Shown piece by piece: positions 1 to 11,963 of a stretch of 64,000 nt of DNA (position 1 is the stretch's first letter; every line of letters starts with the position of its first letter). A program made the translations under genes and the position numbers. Origin of the DNA: Lingula anatina (lineage: Eukaryota > Animalia > Brachiopoda); contig CM120641.1 in the NCBI GenBank assembly GCA_051362555.1, positions 44,398,401 to 44,462,400 on the forward strand. Reading direction: 5' to 3'. The notes below the pieces were generated by a model. The model ran no database searches and was not told the DNA's origin. It saw nothing but the letters and a program-made list of their open reading frames with translations.

Positions 1-2671
1 AAAAAGGCCTTTTAAGGCGAAATATTACAAGAAGGTGTAATCTTCAAAACTTGTTATACAGCGCATTTTATATAAATTCTCAATGTGCCTTTCAAATTGT
101 CAGAATTGTGACAACAGAATTTAAACAATTCATGTATATGCTAGGTCCAGGGTTTTACAGTGTATCGGCATTTATAGACGAGCATAACGCTTATTCCGTA
201 TGACCAAAGGTAAATTTGCAGGGTTTACTGTTTGTCAACATTTATAGCAACGTAGCTGCCATTTGTTTACAATTCAGATCAAGTAACTGCATCGCACTTG
301 TTAGCAGTTACCTTGGCAACTATGTTTCTTGGCGACTGTATTTGATTTCCATCGATTAATACGCCTATATTTGGACGTGGAACCCAACCAAGCGATAATA
401 GCGTGCGACAACAGCACATCGGTGAAGTGGATGACAGACTTTTAGTAAAGTGCCCATTTAGAACTTGGTCTGTTGAAATAGGTCGTGCAGTCGTCAAGTA
501 TAACGGATTAGTCTTATGTTCGACAATTCGATTGTAGCTGCCACTCTTAGTGGCCTCAGGATTGTTCCCTGACCACAGCGTCCGGTACTAGTCAGTTACA
601 CAATTATTGTATCGGACCCTGTGGGATTTGGTGGTCAAGAGGAACGCGTTCTTCGCCAGACGCACCCTTTATATTTGTCACTGGGGGCGATTTCACACAT
701 AGGTGTTGAGATGGGAACTTCACCATCTATTTCACGTATTACAAGTCTAGCATGGCCTCAGACTTTGATTGCACACAACCACACAACTATCCTCCACTGC
801 TCCTGAGCCACCGTTTTACGGGGGAGGGGGGGGGGAGGAGTTACATTAGGGTAGATATCTGCATTGGATGAGATCCCACAGTAGCGATAGTCTGAAGGTT
901 TAACAGTCCGAAGATTCATTGGTCCAAATGTTCACTATAAAACTTTCGGACTATCGAGACACTCTCGATCCCACAGGGACCCATACTTAAATTTCATATA
1001 CTATTTTAGAGGCAGTTATCAGATATCAGAGGGTACCTCAGGATTACTGTTGGGGTTCAGAAATGACAGAAATCTGATGTTTTTCTGATTCATTTTACAT
1101 GTGTGATTAGAAGTATGCACCTACATGTATATGACAGAGGAATCACAGGAGAACGCGTTTATTTTAGACAAAGTTATCCTCTGTTTATGTATAAGTAGTA
1201 GTGGTAGTAAAAAGTGTGCTCCTCATCTCTCTATCAACGTTAACTTAATTAAATTTTCATCTTTGGGGTGAAATAACTCTACTGTTGATATTTTGGCGGG
1301 GCCATGATTAAATAGGCCTATAGTAGGCCTAATTCTGAGAAAAAAGGACGTAATCAATGTAATGAACAGTTTTAAAGTGAACAACATAATTTTAATAATA
1401 GTTTATTTCTACATTAACATTATGTATATATAACAGTATAATAAAATGTGTACATATTAAAAATCCTTTCTATAATATATATCTTATCATAAATATGCTT
1501 ATTCATCAAAACTGTTCCTCTTTACTTATTGTGCTCCTATTTATTTTGATATCATTTCAGTTGAAGACCAATGTACAGTGTCATAAAAAAATACATCAAA
1601 GTTAAAAAATGAAAAGCTCAAATAATTCTTTTGCTAATTGTAAAAAACATGATGAAGATATAATCGGTCGTTAGTTATGTAAGACGAAAGATATGTTTAC
1701 AAGAAGTCATTGTGCGTTAATCCTGGTACAGTAATAGTTTTCCTGAAAATTCCAATAATTTCCTCTTTATCTCTACGGTTCACCCTGTCCATAACTCCTG
1801 AGTTATCACAATATATAAAATCGTTTCGATTCCTAATTTCTATTTATAGCGTTACTAGAGAAATTTACCCCTTTCTATTACCATGACGACAGTGATGAAA
1901 ACAAATATGAACAAATATGCCTTAAATGAGAGAAATATGCCTTTGTTCAAAGACGCCACTTGGTGATGATAAAAGTTTACTATGCAAACGTATAAATTAA
2001 CCAATAGGCCTACAAACGAGAATGAATAAAAACTTGTGAACACCTTTGTAAACATTTATATATATCTAACAAGATATTCCTCTTAAATAACCCTGTAGTA
2101 TAATTTATTTATTATTGTCAGAATTTATATAAATGGAGAAATACATATTCACTCATATATGATACATGTACAATGTACATGCATGTGTTCTGGTATTTTT
2201 AGATCTACGTGTTTTTTCGGTTTCTAAACTCAGACAACATTGGTAAAGGGGAGATGTTGTCACATCATGGAATGAAAATGAATCATCGGATACCTTCAAT
2301 GCGTTACCCTGAAATCTCTGAATTTGGGTTATTTAACATGAAATATCACTTTTGAGGCACAAAAAATCATTTTTACCCAGTTATATTTCCCTATGCCATT
2401 CCCAATTATTGATTTGATGTTATTAACTAAGTAGCTGACTCTCATCAAAATAGAATTTCTTTGACAGGTAATATGAAATTATTTCTTTAACGTCCGAAGA
2501 ATTAAAAAGGTGCGATAACTGACAAATGACATATATATATATAATAGTTTAAACATCCTTTCTATATATCTCTGTACATTTCCTTGTAATAGTTCACGCG
2601 ACTATTGGCATTGGCAACTATTGGCGACTATTGTCATTGCCGATTATTGGCGACCATTGGCATTGACCACA

Positions 2672-3750
2672 TCAGTTTTCATAGGGTTTGCACCAGCTTT
2701 TGCTCATTCCGTAGGTTTGTCGATTGCAGAAGTAGACAGCGTAACTGGTGGAATTCACGATCGCTTGAAAAGTGGCCATCACAAGGGTCATTGCAATGGC
2801 CACGGTGGTCGCCGTGTTGCAGGTCAATCCATTGCCGCATTTCGTCATCCCAACGATTGCCCAAATCAAAGCCATCACTGACATAGAATTGCAGATACTA
2901 CTCTGGATATTATGGTTAAACACCTGAAGAAAAAAAAAGAAAAAAGTTGCACAACCACTTATTGGCCTTTGTTTTCGGACTATCGTGTCCTGCACTGGCC
3001 CCGGTTTCACAAAAAAATCTTAAGTCAGGTTCCCTGACTAAGAATTTAATTACCAAGGTTACAAGGTCACATGGCACATCTCACCCTATCAGGAGTAGTG
3101 TAACAGCAGTCTCACGAGGATCGTAGTCAACTTAGCCAGGGAACTGACTTCAGATTTTTTTAACTGGGGCCTGCTCACCCTGGATAAATAACTCATTTAA
3201 CAGCTACATAATACTACTTGTAAGTGACCTCTAGTGGTCAGGAAAAGCATAGTTTTACAAACAAGTTTTATAAACAGCAGAAATTAAAATGACTCTGTTC
3301 GGCAAGGTCAACCGTCACCAGGAAAAGAAAAATGTAATAATTTTTAATGTCAGTCCATGCGCCAATGTGAAGCCATCACTACGGTGATATGAATCGACCA
3401 GAATATGGATCATCATTTTTATTATTTTTCAAAAGCGTACAGAGGGCACCTTTCACTTTAAATTGCTATTATATCACACTTTTCAAGTCGATAAACAGTT
3501 GTCTTTCCAACCAATAAATGTTAAAAATTCACACATAGTTTCTGGCAATGCAACTCTACTATCAAACTTGTCTTTGCCGTTTCCAGTAATCTCAAGCCCA
3601 GGGGTGTTAAAACTTACCCAGCGTTTCATGCAAACATTTGTTATGAGAGGCGTTTGTCGAGACGCGTAAATTCCAATGAAACCAGCACTTATACTCTGAA
3701 ACATTAAAAAAAAAACACATTAAATATTGTATTCAAAGTCGAGTAGATAT

Positions 3751-3781
<31 letters not shown>

Positions 3782-5495
3782 TTAAACGTTTTAAAGACAT
3801 ATAATGCACCTTTCGACAATTTCCCTTAAATCACTAAGGCCTGTTCTATTCAAAACTGGTGAAAAAAATTACGATTTTTCCATCTGTTTCTAAATTTCTA
3901 TCTTTACTCTTGGTGATTAAAAGAGAAACGGATTCAGAAAAGTTGGATGTTTACAGGATGAAAACTTTACGGTTTTTCTGGCATTACTGATCCTACACAG
4001 CATTTTTACCATTAACTACTGCTAAAAATTACACTACATTTTCAATAAACATGCGTGTTTAAAAAAATTTTCATTTTAGAATAAAATTTTCGATTTCCGA
4101 TAGTGTTAATAGACGAAATTGGGAAGATGATAACATTTGTAGATGATTCCAAGGAATTAGATAAGATGCGTCTTTGGTTAACCTCAATGTAATTATTTGA
4201 CAGTGAATTGGCAGTGTATGTACATGTACCAAGATGAAGGGAAACGAATGACTTTTCCATATTAGATAGTGGATATAGGTCCTGTTGGGACAATATATAA
4301 TTACAGTATAGTACATAACATCATATTAAATAAAATTAACCATTTCCTTACCATAACCCCACTCCAAAAAGGAATCCAAGAGCTAAATGGAAACAAGCTC
4401 AAGCCTCTAATGTCGGTAGACGAAATAAATACAGACATTACACTTCCCGCCAGAATGTGCGCAAACCCAGCCAGCACTTGGAACATGGCCAGAAAGAACA
4501 GCGTCTTGAGGGCCTTAGCGATACGTCTCGTAGACTCATCTGAAACGACAAAAAAGTTATATACCCTTACATACTACAAAATACTATGAGAAAACTATAA
4601 GGAAAAAACTTTGATTTCAGAGATTTCTTGAAACTCATCCCCACGATCAGATTACACCTCGTTTCCAGTAATGGCAGATGGATCTTGAGTGTGGAGAGTC
4701 TGAAACTCAGGGTGCTTCTCCTACATGAAAAATCCATGTTTTTTCTAGTATCTGATTATTTATATACAGTGCTTACATTTAGGTTTCTCCTCCTCCCACT
4801 AATATCCACATAACATAAACTTGTAATCATTGTTTCAAAACCTTAAACCGTTCCAGGAATATCGAGAATGGATTACAAAATGTTAATTTATTATGCTTGT
4901 GTTAAAGATTAATTAGCCCGTTGTTCACTTATTCTGGGTGCAAACATATTTTGGAATATACTTGGAAACTGTTTATCTTATTATCGTATGAATTGATAAA
5001 GCTTGGGTAAGTATTAAGTGCGAATACCACAGCTTCACGCGAAAGAGTCTCCCCAATGAAGATTATTTAAGCCTATACGAGGTTGTCGGCATTTAGTGAC
5101 GTCATACGAGCCCAGCAATCCGCTTAAGGTGCACCTAAATTTGCAGCGATAGTAGTGAAACTCTCTCAGCCTGGAATGTACTCTTGCAAAGCAATAAAAA
5201 AGAACGCACATAACGCAAATTCACAATACAAATCTTCCAGTCATACAGAGTATTATTCAGTCAACCACCTACTGTAATTATGTAATAGGTTGTCGCATTC
5301 AAAGCATTTTTTACTTTTTATAGTGCAATACTCAGTGTGCCTTTCTATCCTTTACTAAAGGAGCTTATTAAATTTCTAATAACAAACGGACTCGCTTGGT
5401 CATAATCTAGGACTGTGTACGGTGTCCTAGTCACAATCTCTCTGTCACATGTAAATCGATGAAGAATGGTATAAAACAAGGATTATAAGAAGTCA

Positions 5496-5560
<65 letters not shown>

Positions 5561-8500
5561 ACAGAATATTGATCTTTTCTAATAATGGTGGAAGATAATA
5601 AAGCACGATCAAGCACATGTACACATAAAAGTACGTAGACCTACATGACCTCCACCTGTAGAAATGCCCTTCGTTAAGGCTACTGCAAGCAAGCCTCACC
5701 TGTCACCACCCAACATTAACATACAGTGTTAAACTTCTACTACCTGGGTTGCTTTCAATGGTCTGCAACTGTTGAGTTGATTTGGTTTGATCCATGGCAG
5801 AACCTGTACACCGTAGACCGTATTTCTCGTCAGGTATGTCGTAAGATTGGCTTTTAATACCAAACAATCCGTCTGCTATATATATCCTCCCTAACTACCT
5901 GCCGTTCCTCAATGACGCGAGGCGCAATGGCCTTTTGTGTATTGACTCGGAAGGAGTTGCGAAATCCCAGTTCTGTATTTGTTGTCGGATTTGTAGGGAC
6001 AATAAGTGATCTGATATTTGCTCAATCGCTAGGTAGCATTGTGGCGAGTGAAAGTTTAGTAAGGTGATTGTATTAAAGCCAGGGCAGGGCGAGTGAGCGA
6101 ATATTCAGGTGGATTACAAATTTAGGACGGAAAAATGTATGTTCCTTGCATTGTAATAGACAAAGAGACTGAGAACTGCATGCAAGTGCGCAGAAGATCA
6201 CCAATTGTACTCTGCGATCTCAAATCTACGAAATCACAAATGTTACTAAAACAGTTCATTTCGGCATTGCGTTTTTGAGCTTTAGTTTCTTGATTGATCG
6301 TCAAGGGTATGTAAAAAATATAAATATATGCGCCAAAAGCAATACCACGAAGTAACAATGAGTGTTATGTCATTGAATATTCATGGTCAGTTGATGAGTT
6401 AAAACTTCGAAACCATTTTTAAACTGGTACATGCATAATTTAGATGAATAAGATATTACTAAGTGTGTTGAATGAACAGATTATCTGACGGATAGATATG
6501 GGTCGTCATAAGTAAGTTTGACCTATTTTCATTGTCAACGATTACATGTTCTCAGATGCAAAACAAAAAGTCAATATATTATCAATACATGTCTATCTTC
6601 TCACCACAAGCTGAGTTTCGTACATGGCCCTTGTTAGCTATCTTGTATAATTTATATCAACAGTCAATCCTACAAACCTGAGGGACTAAAAGCATTTAAG
6701 GGTTTGTATTAATGGATTAACATAAGGGAAGCGTCTACAGTATGTTCCACTCTAAAATACCTGTAATAAGCGAATAAACATTCCTAGATTCGATATCTTC
6801 TTCATGTGGTCTTGCCCCATATGCCCCCCCCCCCCCCCCCCCCCCAGGTTAAGGGGACTCGTTTTGAAGCTCTGCAGGGTATCAAAACGCCATAATATTT
6901 GGAGAGGATTATGGGCGTCGTCATCGCCATAAGTTCAGAAAGATACGCTGACTTGAGACACACCTTTGGTTTTCGACAAAAATTATTTGTGCGGGAATCT
7001 ATCATAAACTTGTTTTGATGTTTGCTCAGTGACCCTGCATAGGCTACATAGTAGAATGAATATTTTAAACAGGATATATCCCGATGCGTTCGAAAAAAAG
7101 TCTTGTTTTGATATTTTTTGTGAAAATATAATGTATCATTAAACAAACAACTTATCACTTTTAACTTTATAAACGTTTTATATGTATATAAGATAAATAT
7201 TTGAATGTTAAATTTTGCTCGCTTATTACAAAGTCTTTGTTTGTGAACATAATTTCCATTTTGAATGCAATATTTAATGTGTTTTTTAATTTTCCAGACA
7301 ATACGTGCTGGTTTCATTGGAATTTACGCTTTGATGCATATCTATAGAGATCTATAGAGATATTAGTTGTAGTCTCATATGATTAGCAAATACTCCCCTC
7401 TACAGACGGAAGGCTACTTCTTATCGTTGTCCACTAAAACGGCCTCGCATCTTGGCATCTTTTATTGCTTCGGTGGTTAGAATTTGTAACGACATCGCAG
7501 GATCCTTACCCTGAGCCTCAGATCTGATGCTTCCCAGCTTTTTGAGTTAGTTGAATTTACGTGTGTGTATACGCAGAGAAAAATATAAAAGCCCCATGTG
7601 AATTATTTATGTTACGTATAATCAGCTACGGACAGTAATCTGTAGCTACGGACAGTATGGACAGTAATCCCCATCTGTTGAACAACAAAATCCACCTTGT
7701 ACGATCTGATATAGGCCTATATATACATGTTTAACCCATAATGCTGATAAAACTTTTAAGGTATTGCGTGGGGCATTTCTATTTTTGCTCAGTGCTTATA
7801 CACAATTATCAAACACGTATGGCAAAATAAAGCTGGTCCACATCTGATCTAAAGGATATAGAACTTGGGCTACGGCTCAGTGTCCTATTAGTGAAGTTTT
7901 CAGACATAGTTGTCATTAATGGGCCTACCTGCGTCTCTGTTGTCACCATGCTCCATCTGAAGCTGAACCTGGCTTGATTTTGATCCCATCTCCATGGCCA
8001 TGATGTCGCCGTGCAAAATAAGACACTTCGCCTAACTATCAGCCGGTCAACTTTTATATTAATTCTCCGCTTCTTTTCCCGTGCTCTCTGTTTTGAAATG
8101 CCTCACCTGCCTCGCTTCAGCCGTGGTCATTTATAGGGACCTCGCATGTTTGACCATGTCAAACAAACACACGTGACTCAAAAGTACTGCTAATTTTCAT
8201 TGTGTGTGTGTGTGTGTGTGTGTATGTGTGTGTGTGTGTGTGGATGTAGATAAGAATTTTTTCTTCGTCATGTCAAATATCTCATTAAATGTCTCTTCAA
8301 AATATAAATAAGGTATTGCACAAGTTTTGTATCTTTGTGTCTGTGTAACTAGATTAGGCAAAAGGCAGTTTTGCAATATCATAAACCTTTGTTTTGTTTG
8401 CGTATTGCGTAATTTGCAGTTAGTCGGTTCCCACACATGCTATTGTCCAGTATCTTGTCAACGACTCCCACTCATGGTTTATGTTGCTACGTAAAATTAA

Positions 8501-8956
8501 GCAACTGATGAAAATGTATAACTGCTAACAAGCCAATTGTATTTATTTTTCTTTTTGATAGAGCTGCTTGTCCACCTACTTGCATTGAAAAAGACATGTG
8601 ATAAAACCCCAAACTCAACCTCCCTTTCACACTACCAACCTCAGGACCACCATAGGTCCAGCTACCTCCTTATATCACAAGGGCCTCTAAAATAGTAGGC
8701 CTATACAAAATTTTAAACAATGATTTTGTAGCAGACTATAAGCGGACCCTGTGGTCAGTGTAAAGTCCATTAAAGTTAACATAAAAAATGAGAAAATAGA
8801 TCAAAAAGAGAAAAAATTCCCCCCGTTTCATTCCTTTATCCCCACGACTACTGTATGTTCAGCAGAGTAACCAATATTATTTGGCAGAAACGTACGCCTA
8901 CCTTGTTCTTCCATCTCGTGGAAGCTAGGCTTCACCTTGTTCTGATAAGGCTCCAT
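2672..8956 (-). CDS. MS4A/CD20-like four-transmembrane protein (about 189-196 aa depending on first exon)
   Basis: Shared exons 4539-4352 (ESTRRIAKALKTLFFLAMFQVLAGFAHILAG...SWIPFWSGVM), 3695-3618 (SISAGFIGIYASRQ...CMKRW) and 2923-2672 (VFNHNIQSSICNSMSVMALIWAIVG-MTKCGNGLTC-...-KPYEN*) have canonical AG/GT ends and matching phases (1,0,0). Four hydrophobic segments, a PFWSG motif at the start of TM2 and a Cys pair in the TM3-TM4 loop fit the CD20/MS4A family. The first coding exon is one of 8956-8902, 8001-7929 or 5795-5744. Confidence 0.75.
2998..3170. mobile_element. MITE, PIF/Harbinger-like, in the last intron of the MS4A-like gene
   Basis: Imperfect TIRs of about 40 bp (gccccggtttcacaaaaaaatcttaagtcaggttccctgactaag / cttagccagggaactgacttcagatttttttaactggggc), flanked by a CTG direct repeat (2995-2997, 3171-3173). 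Confidence 0.7.
5498..5557. repeat. (TA)n microsatellite
   Basis: Uninterrupted TA run of about 30 units. Confidence 0.95.
5744..5795 (-). CDS. Alternative first coding exon C of the MS4A-like gene (MDQTKSTQQLQTIESNP)
   Basis: gccATGG start; 17 codons + 1 nt, then a weaker CAG|GTAGTA donor in phase 1. TATATA element at about 5886-5878. Confidence 0.45.
7260..7329 (+). pseudogene. Inverted relic copy of the MS4A-like exon-3 acceptor and exon start
   Basis: ttgaatgcaatatttaatgtgttttttaattttccagacaatacgtgctggtttcattggaatttacgc matches the reverse complement of about 3664-3737. Confidence 0.7.
7929..8001 (-). CDS. Alternative first coding exon B of the MS4A-like gene (MAMEMGSKSSQVQLQMEHGDNRDA)
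   Basis: atcATGG start; 24 codons + 1 nt, then CAG|GTAGGC donor in phase 1. TATAAAA at 8058-8052 and a second TATAAA at 8135-8130. Overlapping CACGTG/TGACTCA at about 8170-8180. Confidence 0.6.
8201..8242. repeat. (TG)n microsatellite
   Basis: TG run with one interruption. Confidence 0.9.
8902..8956 (-). CDS. Alternative first coding exon A of the MS4A-like gene (MEPYQNKVKPSFHEMEEQ)
   Basis: accATGG start context; 18 codons + 1 nt, then AAG|GTAGGC donor. Phase 1 matches the acceptor at 4539. TATAAA at 9011-9006 and an Inr-like TCACT near 8985. Confidence 0.6.
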
Positions 8957-9386
8957 GGTGTATCCGAGAGTTTCAGTTGTGAGTGATATGTGCCTGTACG
9001 CAAGCTTTATAATTGCGTTCCAAATTTAGACGGTATTAAACTGCCTGTCGATCTGATTTGTTAATTCTTAGCGATTGCGAAATCAATCGTGTTTAAAGGC
9101 GTCTATTTCTGAATCTGATTCAATAATTGCAGCTAAGTTTTCATATGTTGTACCTGACGTGCATAATGTACGTTTGATTATTTTTATATGTACTTTTGTT
9201 TGGCTTGCATAGACTTCGTACGAAGGTGTTGTTGGTTCAAATACTTCGTTAATACAAAACACAATAAACCAAATAATAGTTGACTAACTTTCTTTTGAAT
9301 GAACTCATGAAATCCACTTCTTTTCCTTTCTTTTTTTTAATGTAGAAATCACTGGGTTGTTATTATTACTATTATTCTTGATGTGG

Positions 9387-9390
<4 letters not shown>

Positions 9391-9440
<50 letters not shown>
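9391..9440. repeat. (ATT)n microsatellite
   Basis: About 16 ATT units. Confidence 0.95.
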
Positions 9441-9442
<2 letters not shown>

Positions 9443-10553
9443 TTGAACTTCTTGTTTTCTGTCTAATTCTTGCTCTCTTCTTCGTGAAGAGCATCAAGTC
9501 ATCAACATAAGCACAGGAAATCGTTAAAATTTTTAATGAATAAGGGGTGAATATCGGCGCTTAATACTCCATGCTTTCAATTATTTTCCATTTATTTACC
9601 AATGTCAGTTGTGCCTTAATCTTTCAGTCATTGCTACGTTGCAATATTTCTTGAAATTTCATTTCTTTTCTCAAAATCACCAAAATTAAATACTTAAAAT
9701 CCAGTGTGGTTTGCAAAACTAATTAAATAGCGTTCTTAGTTTCTAATATTTGAGTCGCTATTTTAATGAGACTGGGGCATCTGTATTTCACTTCAAAACA
9801 AAACGACAAAAATTGAAAATCAAGAGCTCGAAAAAGGGTTAAAACATTGTGTTTTCAGTGGCATTGGATAAGATATATCTTGCAAAGGTAAATTGTTGTA
9901 AGGAACAAGGCAAATAATGATGTATGAAATCTGAATGAAACAAAAAGTCAAACGAGTCAGATGTTCGTTTATATAAAAAATGACACTGAAATAAAAGATA
10001 CACAGCAAAACTGGCAAAAAGACAGGCACGTACATTTAGTTATTAGTAGGCGAAGCGGGGAGATAGCTTTGTATATTATACAGACTATGTATAAAAAATT
10101 AATCGTGCGTGCGTTAGTTTTTCATATTACAAGATTTACAGCAATTTTTTACTCTGACCGTGAAGGAAAACGTGCCAGTAATAATTTGTTTGCTCATTGA
10201 AGCGATCAATTGTCGTTTAATTGATAGTTTTCTAGATTCTGTTATGCATTCGTGGGTATATACAGCTAGTAGACACATTAAATATCGTCAAATTTTGTCC
10301 TGATCTTGGAAAATGTGATTGGGTTGTGGAGCGTATATATGGGATGTTTGAAATGTAAACTATGTAAGCGGAGTGACGTTTATAACAAAATGTTAGAAGC
10401 CTGGACCTTAACTGTAGCACACTATAAAACAGTGGTTCCTATCGTTTTGTTTTGTTCCTATCGTGTTTTAACGACGGTAATGAATTGTCTACCGCATAAA
10501 TACATTTCCGTATTTCCTCGTTAGTAGTTTTCGCTCTTCCTTTTAGCACGCTC

Positions 10554-11963
10554 TTAAAAAGAGTGGCGCCTTCTTTGAACACTCGAGACTAAAGGATTAA
10601 TATCTCCTTGTTGGACATGTTTCCACTTTTTATGCCAAACAATGTCCATCAACTTTTGGTGTTTGAAGACGTACAGGTGACTGTGGAACGCCAGGCCGAT
10701 GGCAAAAAGCGCCCCGCACAAACTTTCCCACTCCTCGTCTCCAGGGTTATGAATGGTCGCTGCGCCCACCAAGTGCAGGAGAACCATCGGTAGCGCAGTG
10801 AACATGTAACACAGAGTCAGCATAATGGAGTTCTTTACTGCCGTTTTAAGGTATTTGATTGACTTCATGGCAATCGCGTTTTGGATTTCTGTATGATTCA
10901 ATTTTCTGGGGAACGCTGGGAGATGCACTGAATAGATTGATGAAGCGAGATCGCTTGCACTCCACAGGGCTGGAACGCTGACTGCCTGCTTAATAGACTC
11001 ATCGCGCACAGCTGCAGCAGGTGTGCTTGATTGGGAAAAACTGGACAATTCATACTGCGAATGTTTTCCAATCTTGTGAAGAAATCTTGGAAGTTGTATA
11101 ATGGCTCTGAATCGCCTACCTGGTGCCGTTTGATCTGAGCTCTTAATATCACCACCAATCTTCGCCCACGTGGTCTTCTGAAGTCTGGACGGATCGCTTC
11201 CTTTTGGCGTTGTTTCCGTTTCGTCAGCGATGCTGTAACATACGGGACTCGCCATGGCAGAGGATGTGATTGTATCGCGCTTATAAGATAGCTCATATCT
11301 TTCTGGATGAACAACGTGAAAAATATCCAAAAGACCCACGTCATGGCTTTCAACCTGGTGCAAATTTCTCTTCAAAACCACGCAGATGCGGATGTACACC
11401 GTGCTTACAATAAAGAAGGTTGTAATGAAGATTCCTAAATAGAAATGTTGCAGGAACCCCCGACCTGTAGTTATCAATATCACGACGTAAAATAAAGGAC
11501 TTCCCACCCACGCGAGAAGGCCGGAGACCAAGCTGCAGTGTGTTTGTGGGTTTTTTCTAGCTTGTGTCGCCGAATAGTGCATGAGACGTCCTCTAAATAT
11601 AGCTATCGCACAAATAGTGATGGACAAGTTAGTGAATCCTACAAAGAAGGCTGCGTCTTCTATGTGCTCCCATGTGCCCAACATGTGAATATCCATTTTG
11701 AATTTCCTGCTGAAAATTTCGACTAAAACTACAGTAGACAATGCAAGAGAACCAAGGCATGTTAGTGCTAGCATGTTGACGTAGATTCCATAACCTTCGA
11801 TCAAAATCGGTCTCAGTGTCAAGACCATTTTGCAAAAGTGATAAAAGTTTTTGGGAAACACGTACAATATTGACACCCCAACTAGGACACAGGTCATCGT
11901 GTCAACGCCCTCTAAGGTGGTGTCCGTCTTTTGAGCTTCGTGGTTACTCGCACGAGTAAACAT
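10554..11963 (-). CDS. Divergent rhodopsin-like (class A) GPCR-like protein, 469 aa, single coding exon
   Basis: Long clean ORF with seven hydrophobic segments. TM3 end AIAIFRG sits at the DRY position; TM4 has W; TM5 ends Y-x-x-I; TM6 is CYMFTALP; TM7 ends FHSHLY followed by a basic helix-8-like stretch; the third loop is long and Ser-rich. Probable 5'UTR intron at 12141-12008 (GTAAGT...TTTCAG). Confidence 0.8.
   Translation of the reverse strand: MFTRASNHEAQKTDTTLEGVDTMTCVLVGVSILYVFPKNFYHFCKMVLTLRPILIEGYGIYVNMLALTCLGSLALSTVVLVEIFSRKFKMDIHMLGTWEHIEDAAFFVGFTNLSITICAIAIFRGRLMHYSATQARKNPQTHCSLVSGLLAWVGSPLFYVVILITTGRGFLQHFYLGIFITTFFIVSTVYIRICVVLKRNLHQVESHDVGLLDIFHVVHPERYELSYKRDTITSSAMASPVCYSIADETETTPKGSDPSRLQKTTWAKIGGDIKSSDQTAPGRRFRAIIQLPRFLHKIGKHSQYELSSFSQSSTPAAAVRDESIKQAVSVPALWSASDLASSIYSVHLPAFPRKLNHTEIQNAIAMKSIKYLKTAVKNSIMLTLCYMFTALPMVLLHLVGAATIHNPGDEEWESLCGALFAIGLAFHSHLYVFKHQKLMDIVWHKKWKHVQQGDINPLVSSVQRRRHSF

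Noticed and set aside
279-590. Minus-strand open frame of about 103 codons (YRTLWSGNNPEATKSG…KCDAVT*)
   Set aside because: No recognisable homology, weak acceptor and no partner exons; cannot be supported as coding.
2600-2666. ATTGGC-rich short repeats and the overlapping plus-strand ORFs 2605-2886 and 2621-2881
   Set aside because: A small degenerate minisatellite in the 3'UTR; the ORFs are antisense shadows of the real exon.
4657-4698. Possible 42-nt phase 1-1 cassette exon in the MS4A-like gene
   Set aside because: The donor GTGTAA is poor and there is no other support.
6802-7317. 171-aa minus-strand ORF
   Set aside because: AT-rich low-complexity translation running through a poly-G tract and the inverted exon relic; no domain.
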